Notes: generated from the sequence alone by a model not told the origin. Shown: positions 23,235 through 31,894, numbered from the stretch's first letter. The stretch: DNA of 32,812 nt from Chloroflexota bacterium (GCA_013153135.1 JAADFA010000039.1:1-32812); one strand, 5' to 3'. A program made the numbers and translations.

Positions 23235-25124
23235 ATGATGCACGTTGAGCCAAGTTTGCGGCAGCGAGTGTTCGAGGATTTGCATCAAGAGGGCGTTCTA
23301 CAGGGTGGCTTTTTCCGCGTGGATGCTGAGGGGCGAGTTGTGGACATGGACGCGGGCGTGCGCCAGCTGTGGTGTATTCAAGTGGGCCAGCCATGGTATG
23401 AAGCCACCTTTTACCCAGAGCGTGCCCGGCAGTGGTTCTTCGAGACCGTGGGTCGCGGGCATGGGAAGGTGCCCATGAAGACCTGGCTGCTGCGCGGTTG
23501 CCCGAAGACGTCGAAGGGCCGCTCCTATTTCTGGGGGCGGCTCTTCTTTTACCCTGCTGACCAGGGCTGGCTGGGATATGTGCTGGATCGCACGGGCGAT
23601 GAGGTATGCCGACGGCTGCAACGCATCCCTGTGGGTTTTTACGTCGTAGCGCGCGACCCCGAAGGCGTGGAGCGCGTGGTCTACGCGACCCAGGGCTTCG
23701 CGGATCTGTACCAGTTCCCCAGCGTCGAGGCCGCCATCGAGACCCCCATCGTGAAGCTGTTCCGCCATGAAGAGGACTATGAAAAATTCTTGCACGAACT
23801 GCGCACCCGCACTCCGCATCGTCTGCAAGGCTGGAAAAACGAAACGCGTACCGCCCAGGGCGAGCCCCGGCACATTTCCGCGGACATTGCCTGGCACCTG
23901 GAGGGGGAAGGAAAGGACGCCCAAATTGCCGAACGCTACGGCATTTTACGCGACCTAACCAAAAGCGAGTTCTACACCTCCTATCTGCGAGATTACGCGG
24001 TGGTGCTGCACACGTATTCCAACGCACTACTTGAGATGCTCAACGTCCTCAGTGTGCTCAAGATCCCCATGTTGCCTGACCCTTTCAAAGATCTTGAGAA
24101 TACCAGCTCCATTCTTGAGCATGCGGAATATGTTCACCACTGGTTCCACAAGACTCGCCAGCCCGTGCTGGCCGCGTTGCGGGACCTGTTATCTCAGGCC
24201 GAAGCGCGCGGCCTTCAGGATGACATTGAGGTGCGCCACATGCAACGATATTACGAGCGCTTACGCGCGTTAGATGAGCACTTGGATTTGCCTTCGCCCC
24301 GGTTCATTGCCTCGGTGCATTTGGAGATTGGGAGTCGAATCTTGCGGCGCACCCAGCGCTTGCGTGAACAGCGCCCGCGCCACGGTCCCTGGTTCTCTAA
24401 AGAGGTCTTGCGTCGCGTGCGGGCCACCGCGTGGGATATGGTTCGCATTGCGTCCCTGCTGGTCATTTATCCCCTGGCGGGGCGTTTGATCGAACTTGGG
24501 GATGAGATTCGATTGTTCCGCGAATTTTGGAACACGCCATTGCGGCGCTATCAGCCTAAAGACGTCAATTTAGTCGACGTGCTCGAAGGCGTGCTGCAAG
24601 CCTTGAGCGACTTCGCTCACAGCCGGGGCGTGCGCTGGAAGCGCCTTGCACCCTGGCCGCGCGCGGCGTGGGTGCGTGCGGACCCCGCGGCCTTGCGCCG
24701 GGCCCTCAGCCACCTGGTGCATAACGCGGTCAAGTACAGCTGGCAGCGCGCCAGCGGAACGTGGGTGGCCTTGCGCCTGACCCAGGAAGCGCGCGCGGGC
24801 CAGGCAGGGTGGCTCCTGGAGATCGAGAATTACGGCGTGCCCATCCCGCCCGATGAGCTCCAAGATGGCACCATCTTCCAATTTGCCTATCGCGGTCGGC
24901 TGGCGCCCGACCGGCACCGTTTGGGTACGGGCATTGGGCTGTACGACGCGTATCGGGTCATCCGCGATTTGGAGGGGAACCTGACCCTGACCAGTGACCC
25001 GGCCTCGCCCATCGCGCCGGACGAGGACCCGCTATATGAGGTCGACCCCGCGACGGGCGAGCGCAAACTGCGGCCGCATTTGGTTCGCGCGCGGGTGTGG
25101 TTGCCCGCCACCGCACAAACGTAG
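23235..25124 (+). CDS. Cytoplasmic sensor histidine kinase, PAS-like x2 + HisKA_2-like H-box + long helical insert + HATPase_c
   Basis: No TM segment is present. Two PAS-like modules span about aa 1-120 and 130-240. The H-box-like LHTYSNALLEM (H259, codon CAC 24009-24011) fits H-x3-N-x-L. The N-box is LVHNAVKYS (N497), followed by IENYGVPIP and the G2 box GTGIGL. Confidence 0.75.
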   Translation: MMHVEPSLRQRVFEDLHQEGVLQGGFFRVDAEGRVVDMDAGVRQLWCIQVGQPWYEATFYPERARQWFFETVGRGHGKVPMKTWLLRGCPKTSKGRSYFWGRLFFYPADQGWLGYVLDRTGDEVCRRLQRIPVGFYVVARDPEGVERVVYATQGFADLYQFPSVEAAIETPIVKLFRHEEDYEKFLHELRTRTPHRLQGWKNETRTAQGEPRHISADIAWHLEGEGKDAQIAERYGILRDLTKSEFYTSYLRDYAVVLHTYSNALLEMLNVLSVLKIPMLPDPFKDLENTSSILEHAEYVHHWFHKTRQPVLAALRDLLSQAEARGLQDDIEVRHMQRYYERLRALDEHLDLPSPRFIASVHLEIGSRILRRTQRLREQRPRHGPWFSKEVLRRVRATAWDMVRIASLLVIYPLAGRLIELGDEIRLFREFWNTPLRRYQPKDVNLVDVLEGVLQALSDFAHSRGVRWKRLAPWPRAAWVRADPAALRRALSHLVHNAVKYSWQRASGTWVALRLTQEARAGQAGWLLEIENYGVPIPPDELQDGTIFQFAYRGRLAPDRHRLGTGIGLYDAYRVIRDLEGNLTLTSDPASPIAPDEDPLYEVDPATGERKLRPHLVRARVWLPATAQT

Positions 25125-25136
25125 GAGGAGAGAGGC

Positions 25137-25736
25137 ATGGGTACACGAGAACCGTTACAACCACCCGTACGGGTTTTGTGGATGGAAGACAAAGCGGGTC
25201 ATGAGCTCGCCATGGTGGCCAGCGCGGTCTATTTGGACGGCCGCTTTGCCCTGGACTTCGCGACTGACGCGTCCGAGGCCCTGCATTTGCTGGCCCTGAC
25301 GGACCAGGAGCGCTATCCTTATCAGATCCTCGTGGTCGACCTCGACCTGCCCCCGGGGGAGCAGCAGGACCTGATCGAGGTGTACCAGGAGGTGCACCAT
25401 CAGGGCCGTACGCCCATGCTCGGCCTTTACCTGCTCGAATATTTGCTGGCTGGTGAAGGTCCCCTGCACCAGCGGGTGCTCCAAAAGCCGGACAGTCCGC
25501 TTTCTTGGGCCTTGAATTTGTTACGGAAGAATATCCGCAATCAAACCCCGCCCCCGCGTATTGGCGTGTTTTCCATTTACGCGGAGATGACCAAGGACCG
25601 CCTTCGGCAATTGGGCCTGGAGGATGACGTCATCATTCAAAAGCGCGTAGGGATGCCGCGCTACGAGCTGCTGAATCTTTTGATTCGCCTCGCGGGTTGG
25701 AATGAAGACGACGCCTTAATTGAAGACCTCTGGTAA
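25137..25736 (+). CDS. Single-domain response regulator (receiver) with internal insertion
   Basis: The RBS is AGGAGGAGAG. The acidic pair is in LWMED (E17/D18). The phospho-acceptor candidate is D68 in ILVVDLD (GAC 25338-25340), with S146 in VFSIYA and K169 in IIQK. An extra segment of about 40 aa lies between the D68 strand and the S146 strand. No output domain is present. Confidence 0.65.
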   Translation: MGTREPLQPPVRVLWMEDKAGHELAMVASAVYLDGRFALDFATDASEALHLLALTDQERYPYQILVVDLDLPPGEQQDLIEVYQEVHHQGRTPMLGLYLLEYLLAGEGPLHQRVLQKPDSPLSWALNLLRKNIRNQTPPPRIGVFSIYAEMTKDRLRQLGLEDDVIIQKRVGMPRYELLNLLIRLAGWNEDDALIEDLW

Positions 25737-25802
25737 GGCCATTGGAACGCTTCGGTTTGCCAGGCCAGGTAGGGTTGTTGAACTGTAAAGGAGGGGTGCA
25801 CA

Positions 25803-27389
25803 ATGCTGAGTTCGGGGTGGTTGAGCCTTCTGGAAGCGTTGACGGAATTGATCCTGTTCGGCATCACCGTGCCGCTGTTGTTCTTCGAACGACCCGCATG
25901 GATGCGCCTGCTGCGTCGTCGCTATTCCTCATGGCGCCTGTTCCCGTTGCGCTTTGGGCAATCATGGATCAAAATGACCTTTGTCGGCCTGGGATTGCTG
26001 CTCATTGCAACGGTGATGAGCGGGCTCGCGGTGGCCGCGTCCTATTGGCCCGAGGTCCCTTTGTTTGCGTGGCTGCTGCGCCATGAGACGTGGTTTTCTT
26101 TGGCTCGTTTCATCATCTTAGGCCTCGCGATTATACTTATTGGTGTTCTTTGGTACCAGCTTTATACAACTGAGCTCTCCATCCTCGCCCGACGTATCTT
26201 TTGGATTGCACGAGCTTGTTTGAAGTGCCCTCAATGTCAGCCGAAAGTGTATGATTTTGGTTCGGAATCTGGCTTATTCTTGTCCGAACAAGAGATGGAC
26301 AACCTTATCAAGCGGACGGCCGTGCTGCAAGAGGGGCGTCCATCTCGCATCCTCGCCAAGGTGCAGGTGTGGCTGGTATGTCATGGGAAGAGGTTTTTTG
26401 ACCAGATTCGCTATGACTATCGCCGGTCGATTCGGGACTTAGGGTTGCTGGGGCTGAATACAACGATCCCGGCTGAGACGCACAATATCTTGCGACTGCT
26501 TCATATTTTGGCCTTTAAAGTGCCCCTTTGCACGCGATCGCTTGACGGCCAGGATGAGCCCACGCCCTTTGTCCTGCTCTTGGAGGCGGTGCTCAATACG
26601 CTGCGGCCTTTGGAAGCCAGCGATAAAGGGTGTTTTAAGGAGGCTCTGGATACGTTCCACGTCTTGATGAAGCGTTGGCGGGTGGTTGACGCGCTGGCGG
26701 ATATTCCGTCGAGCGAGCGCGATCAGTGTTTCTCAGAATCCCCCTTTGTCATATACCTGGAGCGCTTTGGCGAGCTCCTGCTCGAGCGGGATGACCTGTT
26801 CGATCTGTTTACGACATTTATCAAGCTTTTTGAGCCCGACCGCAACCCCGCGGAAAATAGCCAGGAGATTGAAGCTCTGGTGCGCTTGAGCAAAGGTGCA
26901 TTGGAGCAGGGCCGTTGGTCCGCGCTGGGCGCGGTGCTCTCGCAAATGCGGGATTATCTTATGTATTACACGAAGGCTGATCATGCCCACCTGGCGCGCA
27001 TTTGTTGTTCGACGCGCACCAATGGCCGCGTGGACGATGCCTTCGTCAGCTGGGCGTGGTATTGGGGCTTCGCGGCCCTGGCCTGGTATCGCGTGGCCGG
27101 AACCTGTCCGTGGATCGTGCGTTTGCTGGCCTCGCACGTCCATCACTTGCAGCAAGCTTATAACACGGATTTCGCGACCGCGCTACGCCGTCTAGCCCAG
27201 GGGCTGGATGAGGTGATCCACTTTTTAACCCTGTACACCCTGGAGCCTGATATGGCCGTGGCTGTGTACGCGCTGCAGCGCCATCTGGAACGTCAGGCCA
27301 CGCGTGGGGATTGGCGTCACTTTTGCCGCGAGCGTTTCGACGCCGCGGCGTTACCTGCGGTCCAAGCGGGCGCGGTGGACGAGGTTTAG
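25803..27389 (+). CDS. Membrane-anchored protein of unknown function (528 aa)
   Basis: The RBS is AAAGGAGGGG. The first 125 aa contain three hydrophobic helices. A C-x2-C-x2-C motif follows (C139, C142, C145; TGT at 26217). The remaining region of about 380 aa is predicted helical and soluble, and I recognise no family motif in it. This gene has the lowest coding GC in the window (27/60 in 26101-26160). Confidence 0.6.
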   Translation: MLSSGWLSLLEALTELILFGITVPLLFFERPAWMRLLRRRYSSWRLFPLRFGQSWIKMTFVGLGLLLIATVMSGLAVAASYWPEVPLFAWLLRHETWFSLARFIILGLAIILIGVLWYQLYTTELSILARRIFWIARACLKCPQCQPKVYDFGSESGLFLSEQEMDNLIKRTAVLQEGRPSRILAKVQVWLVCHGKRFFDQIRYDYRRSIRDLGLLGLNTTIPAETHNILRLLHILAFKVPLCTRSLDGQDEPTPFVLLLEAVLNTLRPLEASDKGCFKEALDTFHVLMKRWRVVDALADIPSSERDQCFSESPFVIYLERFGELLLERDDLFDLFTTFIKLFEPDRNPAENSQEIEALVRLSKGALEQGRWSALGAVLSQMRDYLMYYTKADHAHLARICCSTRTNGRVDDAFVSWAWYWGFAALAWYRVAGTCPWIVRLLASHVHHLQQAYNTDFATALRRLAQGLDEVIHFLTLYTLEPDMAVAVYALQRHLERQATRGDWRHFCRERFDAAALPAVQAGAVDEV

Positions 27390-28285
27390 CCCGGCAGCGC
27401 GGTCAGCACCGCGGCGAGGGTGACCCAGGCTAGGTAGACGTTGGAGAAGTGAAAGAGGCGTTTAGCCTCGGGCGCGGTGGGCCAACGCCACAGGCGCCAC
27501 GTTTGATAGAGATAGTAAACCGAGGGTGGCGCGACGAGCAGCGCGTAAGCCAGGCCTAGCCGGGGCCACGCGGCCATGAGCAGAGCCACGAGCACCGACG
27601 CGACGGTGTGCAGCGCGACCCAACGGACCGCGTGCGCGGCTGGCACGCGCACCGGCAGCATAGGGAATCCAGCTCGGTGATAGTCTTCGCGGTAGACCAG
27701 CGCTAGGCTCCAAAAGTGCGTCGGCGTCCACAGAAAAACCAGCGCGGCCAAGGCCCAGGCCGCGGGGTTGTCCCAGTGGCCCACCGCGGCTGCACCGCTG
27801 ATGACGGCCGCGCTACCCGCCGCGCCACCGATGACGATGTTGACAATGGTACGCCGTTTCAATGCCCAAGTGTATACCACCAGGTAAATCAGGGCCCCTG
27901 CGGCCACGGCCCAGCCCAGTTGCGGACGATGCCATGCCGCGAGCAGCAGGCCAAGGCCCAAGGCCCCTGTGCCCAGCAACGCCGCGAGGGCCGCGGGGAT
28001 ATCTCCGCGGGGGAGGGGGCGCTGCTGCGTGCGCTCCATCGCGCGGTCTAGATCGCGTTCCCAGACCTCGTTGAGGGCCGACGCCCCGCCCGCCGCGAGC
28101 AACCCGGCCAGGAGCAGCACCGCCAAATCCGGCCACGCGCGGCCGTGGTTGAGCCACGGCTCGGCCGCCAACACCGCGCCGCCCACCGCGACCACCAAGA
28201 GCAGCGCCACGACCCGAAGTTTAAACAACACAACCGCGCGCGCACCCCAGGCCCGCGCGTCCCAGCTAGGCCGGTTTTGGCTCAT
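27386..28285 (-). CDS. ctaB: Protoheme IX farnesyltransferase (heme O synthase)
   Basis: It has a UbiA-family topology with the motifs NEVWERDLDRAMERTQQRPLPRG and FLWTPTHFWSLAL. The RBS GGGAGG lies 8 nt upstream of ATG 28285. Confidence 0.9.
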   Translation of the reverse strand: MSQNRPSWDARAWGARAVVLFKLRVVALLLVVAVGGAVLAAEPWLNHGRAWPDLAVLLLAGLLAAGGASALNEVWERDLDRAMERTQQRPLPRGDIPAALAALLGTGALGLGLLLAAWHRPQLGWAVAAGALIYLVVYTWALKRRTIVNIVIGGAAGSAAVISGAAAVGHWDNPAAWALAALVFLWTPTHFWSLALVYREDYHRAGFPMLPVRVPAAHAVRWVALHTVASVLVALLMAAWPRLGLAYALLVAPPSVYYLYQTWRLWRWPTAPEAKRLFHFSNVYLAWVTLAAVLTALPG

Positions 28286-28330
28286 ATGGACAGCCTCCCG
28301 CGGTACCCCCGTATCCCATCACCGAGCAGG

Positions 28331-29281
28331 TTAGGCGGCTTGGGAGAAGTCCAACACCGGCTGTTTTTGTGGCGCGGGTCCGGTGATGAGTGTTTCCAGG
28401 GTGATGAACAACCAGCCGAGCCACAGCACGTAGCCCACCGAGAGGTGCAGCAGCTGGACCCAAATGGCGAAGTGCAGGGCCACATTGAGCAGGCCCAAAA
28501 GGATTTGGACACCGTACGCGATAAGCACGGTCATGACCAGCCCATGGATGGGGCTGTGGAATAAGCCCAAACGACGCAAGACCCAGAACATATAGAGCCC
28601 AAGCACCACTGCCCCCGCGATGTGTACAGGCAACATCGCGCGCACGAACGCGGCCGGCCCCTCGTACGCCGCGGGCAGTCCCCCGCGCGCTTCCCAGCGG
28701 GCGACGACCTCGTTGAGCGCGACGATGGAACCCAAGGCACTCTCGAGCCAGATCAAGGTGAGGACATTCATCAACCCACGCACCCAATCTCCTTGTTCTT
28801 TAGGGCAAACGAAGGTGCCGCCCGAAGCCAACCAGGCGGTCATCGCGATGGCCGCGATTAAGAGGTACGTATTGGTCAAATGCACGGCCATGATGATGAC
28901 GCGGCCCCAGGTGAGGTTATCCACCACCCAGTCGAACAGTACCAGGCTGCCGCCCGCGAGCACCTCTGTCACCATGAGGACGAAAGACGCGGCTGCGGCG
29001 ATGCGAGTTGGGTGCCCCGGGGGATATTGCTTGCGGGCCCACCACCAGAGGATGAAGACCATCACGAACGCGGCGGCGCTGGTGAGGCGGTGGGTGAATT
29101 CGACCACCGTGTCCCATTGGGTGAGGTCGGGCCAGATGGCGCCGTAGCACAGCGGCCAATGGTTGCCACAACCGGCGCCCGAGCCAGATGCGCGTACAAA
29201 GACGCCGCCCAGAGCCACCAAGAGGTTGATGGCTAAGGTCCACCAAGCGTAGCGGCCGAAAGGATCGAAGGGTTTACGCAT
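28331..29281 (-). CDS. ctaA: Heme A synthase (COX15/CtaA family)
   Basis: There are eight hydrophobic segments, with conserved His in EFTHRLTS, MAVHLTNTY, LPVHIAGAV and LLHLSVG, and an N-terminal Cys pair GSGAGCGNHWPLC. It sits directly upstream of ctaB. Confidence 0.85.
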   Translation of the reverse strand: MRKPFDPFGRYAWWTLAINLLVALGGVFVRASGSGAGCGNHWPLCYGAIWPDLTQWDTVVEFTHRLTSAAAFVMVFILWWWARKQYPPGHPTRIAAAASFVLMVTEVLAGGSLVLFDWVVDNLTWGRVIIMAVHLTNTYLLIAAIAMTAWLASGGTFVCPKEQGDWVRGLMNVLTLIWLESALGSIVALNEVVARWEARGGLPAAYEGPAAFVRAMLPVHIAGAVVLGLYMFWVLRRLGLFHSPIHGLVMTVLIAYGVQILLGLLNVALHFAIWVQLLHLSVGYVLWLGWLFITLETLITGPAPQKQPVLDFSQAA

Positions 29282-29480
29282 GGTCCTCCTCCGTTGAGGG
29301 GGTTGCAGGGATTTTACTATAGGGCCTGGTTAATGTTGGGTGAGGTTGAGAGCGGAGGGGAGTAAGACCGACTTAATGCGTGTAGCCATAAACAATAACT
29401 AACCCCAAGCGTATTGGGCCACCCACACTCCCATTAGGTTCTCCCCAATCCTTGGAACACCACGCCGTACAGTCGGACGC

Positions 29481-31166
29481 TCACGGCGCGGGAAGGGCTG
29501 CGCAGCGCACGCGATAAATGCGCACGTTCGCCCACGCGATGGGTAGATCGAGCCAGGGCCGCGACGGAGGCGGCTGCAGACCCGGTGGGTTTTCATCTAC
29601 ATAAGCCCACACCGTGCGCCCAGGAGCACATTGCCTTCGGAGAAAATTCGCTTCCCACCATCTCACCTTGCGCGATACACGTTCGACCTGGAGCCCTGTA
29701 AGCACTGGAACCCACGCGCCCCCATCGTAAGCCCAGGTTCCACCCCCGCGCGCGATAAGCACGTGCGCGGGCGGCTGGGCCTGACGGCGCAAGAAGGTTT
29801 GGGCAACCACATCGTCTTCTTGCGCGATGATGGTGACCGGGTTGAGCCAGGGCGGTTTATGCGCCAGCCAGGTGAGCGCACCTCCCAAGGCCAAGGCTCC
29901 GAGCACGACCTGCCCTGCCGCGCGCCACGTTTCAAGGGTCAAGCCCTGGGGCCAAGCCCGTCGGAGCGCCGCGGCCCAGGTAAAGGCCGTCGTAAGCGGG
30001 GCCAAGAGCTCAAAGGTGGGTCGGTCGATCCAAGGCGAGCCGATCCCGGGCAGCCAAGGGAGCGGTGCGTACGCCAACGCCAGCAGCGCGGCCCATCCCG
30101 CGCTTGCCAACCCAGCCCGTCGAGGGCGCAGCAAGTTAAGGCCCACAAGTAGCCCCATCCCCAACCACGCGGGCCGAGCAATGAAGCGCCAAAAGCCCAC
30201 GTCGCGTATCAAGAGCCCGTGCGCGGCCCAAAGGCCATACACCCCCCAGGCGAACCAGAACCCACGGCGCGCGGTCCACGGGCCCATCCACCGTAGCCAC
30301 CACCACACAAGCACGGTGAGCCCAGCCCACAAGGCCACCCGACTATGCACCCAACCAAGCCCCATAAGCAAAAGCCCCGGCAGAAGCCGCGCGACGAATC
30401 GCCGCGCCCGGGAGCTTGGGCCCCAATGTGCCAGCACACCTGGCGTGAGCGCAATGGCCCAGAGCGCGGGGTACTTGCCCCAGGTGAGGCCATAAAACGG
30501 CGTGGTCCATGCCCACGTACCAAGCCACGCAATTAGCGCGGCCAGTCCCGCGGGCGCGCCCTGGCTGCGCTGCAGCCGATACAGCCCCCAGGGCAGAATC
30601 ACGCCCAGGGCCAGGATGGTGAGGGCCAGCAGCCCCATGGGTTGGAAGGACAGCCCTGCCCATAGGGGCCATGCCATCAGCGCGTAGCTTCCTTGGTGAT
30701 AATACGCTACCTTCCAGGGACCAATCCGGAGGATGGCGCCATGGGGAGACACGTCCGGCGGTACGTGGAGGTAGTCAGCCCGAAGGTGCCACGCGTGCAG
30801 CGCTGCGTCGGGGTAGGGAGGCAAAACCAGGCCCGCGAGGGGCGCGAAAGCCCATAGGAGCCCGCCCGCGCTTCCGAGTACAAGCAATCCGGCCGCGAGG
30901 GTAAGGCGATGCCGCCACGCGCGCGCCCAACGCACCAGGCCGATAATCACCAGCGCCCACGTGAGCCCGAGACGTGGGTATGTTGGCCAATCGCGCACAA
31001 GCCATCCCGCGACCCCCAACGTAACGAGCCCGGCTATTACGTCGCCCGAGCCCCGAGTTGTCCCCTCGGGGCTGAGACCACGGGCTGCAAGGTACAGCAC
31101 CCCAAAACCAAGGAGCCACGGGCTCCACAGGAGGAGTTGATGCAGGCCGCGGAGGAAGGTATCCAC
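29481..31166 (-). CDS. Large polytopic membrane protein (561 aa) with C-terminal soluble domain, function unknown
   Basis: The GTG start at 31166 has AGGAG 9 nt upstream. About 12 or more Trp/Leu/Gly-rich hydrophobic segments are followed by a non-membrane tail of about 120 aa. It lies 30 nt downstream of the paralogous exported-protein genes. Confidence 0.6.
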   Translation of the reverse strand: MDTFLRGLHQLLLWSPWLLGFGVLYLAARGLSPEGTTRGSGDVIAGLVTLGVAGWLVRDWPTYPRLGLTWALVIIGLVRWARAWRHRLTLAAGLLVLGSAGGLLWAFAPLAGLVLPPYPDAALHAWHLRADYLHVPPDVSPHGAILRIGPWKVAYYHQGSYALMAWPLWAGLSFQPMGLLALTILALGVILPWGLYRLQRSQGAPAGLAALIAWLGTWAWTTPFYGLTWGKYPALWAIALTPGVLAHWGPSSRARRFVARLLPGLLLMGLGWVHSRVALWAGLTVLVWWWLRWMGPWTARRGFWFAWGVYGLWAAHGLLIRDVGFWRFIARPAWLGMGLLVGLNLLRPRRAGLASAGWAALLALAYAPLPWLPGIGSPWIDRPTFELLAPLTTAFTWAAALRRAWPQGLTLETWRAAGQVVLGALALGGALTWLAHKPPWLNPVTIIAQEDDVVAQTFLRRQAQPPAHVLIARGGGTWAYDGGAWVPVLTGLQVERVSRKVRWWEANFLRRQCAPGRTVWAYVDENPPGLQPPPSRPWLDLPIAWANVRIYRVRCAALPAP

Positions 31167-31196
31167 GCGTTCACACTCCTGACGAGAGGCAGGTGT

Positions 31197-31850
31197 TTAG
31201 GGATAGCTGCCCTCCCCACCCAAGAGCCGCGGTTTCGGTGGCTCTCCTACAGGGATGTCGTTTTGTATCGCGGCCAGTACTATTGGCGGCACGGGGATTT
31301 CATAAAGCATATTATCTTGAATGTAGCCAAGGCGTAGTTGAATGGGCCGCGTGGGTGGCACGACGCCCATACAATACGCGCGCGAGGGCGAGATATCGGG
31401 CAGGGTGATGCAATCGAGGCGTACACCGTTGATTTCAACAAAGAACGTCTCCGGATGAGGAAGGTTTTCAAAAACGTAACGGTAGACCCGCTGCCCCTGG
31501 TAGACCGTCCAGCCGATGCTATATAGACAAGGTTCCTTGATTTCGTACTCACAGTGGCCGGCGAAGGCAAGAGGCGCTGCCGTGGGGGAGGGAGTAAGGG
31601 AGGGTGTCCAGGTGGGGCTGGCGGACGCTACGGTGGGGGATGGTGGCGACATGGTCACCGCGGGTGTTGGACTGGGCTGCGGGGTCGAGCTCGCGGTAGG
31701 CCGAGGCGAGGGGAGGCTCGGCGTGGTCAGGGGTGAAGGAGGGGTTGGGCTTGGGAGCAAGGTGGGCGCCGTGCTCTCTTGGCGGCTGCAGCCCCATAGC
31801 GCAAGCAAGGCCCCGAGTATGACCACAAAATAATGCACGCAGGTTCGCAT
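31197..31850 (-). CDS. Exported four-Cys domain protein, paralog 1 (217 aa)
   Basis: The RBS AGGAGGG lies 5 nt upstream of ATG 31850. The signal peptide ends in Cys (ALLALWGC). A P/S/T linker is followed by a domain with PCLY, VYRYVFEN, FFVEINGV, DCITLP and AYCMG. Confidence 0.7.
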   Translation of the reverse strand: MRTCVHYFVVILGALLALWGCSRQESTAPTLLPSPTPPSPLTTPSLPSPRPTASSTPQPSPTPAVTMSPPSPTVASASPTWTPSLTPSPTAAPLAFAGHCEYEIKEPCLYSIGWTVYQGQRVYRYVFENLPHPETFFVEINGVRLDCITLPDISPSRAYCMGVVPPTRPIQLRLGYIQDNMLYEIPVPPIVLAAIQNDIPVGEPPKPRLLGGEGSYP

Positions 31851-31894
31851 GGTGTCCCTCCTAACGTAAATTTTATTTGCGGCCCATTACCGCC

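Noticed and set aside
23067-23288. The 73-aa minus-strand ORF in the AT-rich spacer upstream of the kinase.
   Set aside because: - It has no RBS and its composition simply reflects AT-rich DNA.
- It overlaps the well-supported plus-strand promoter, RBS and start.
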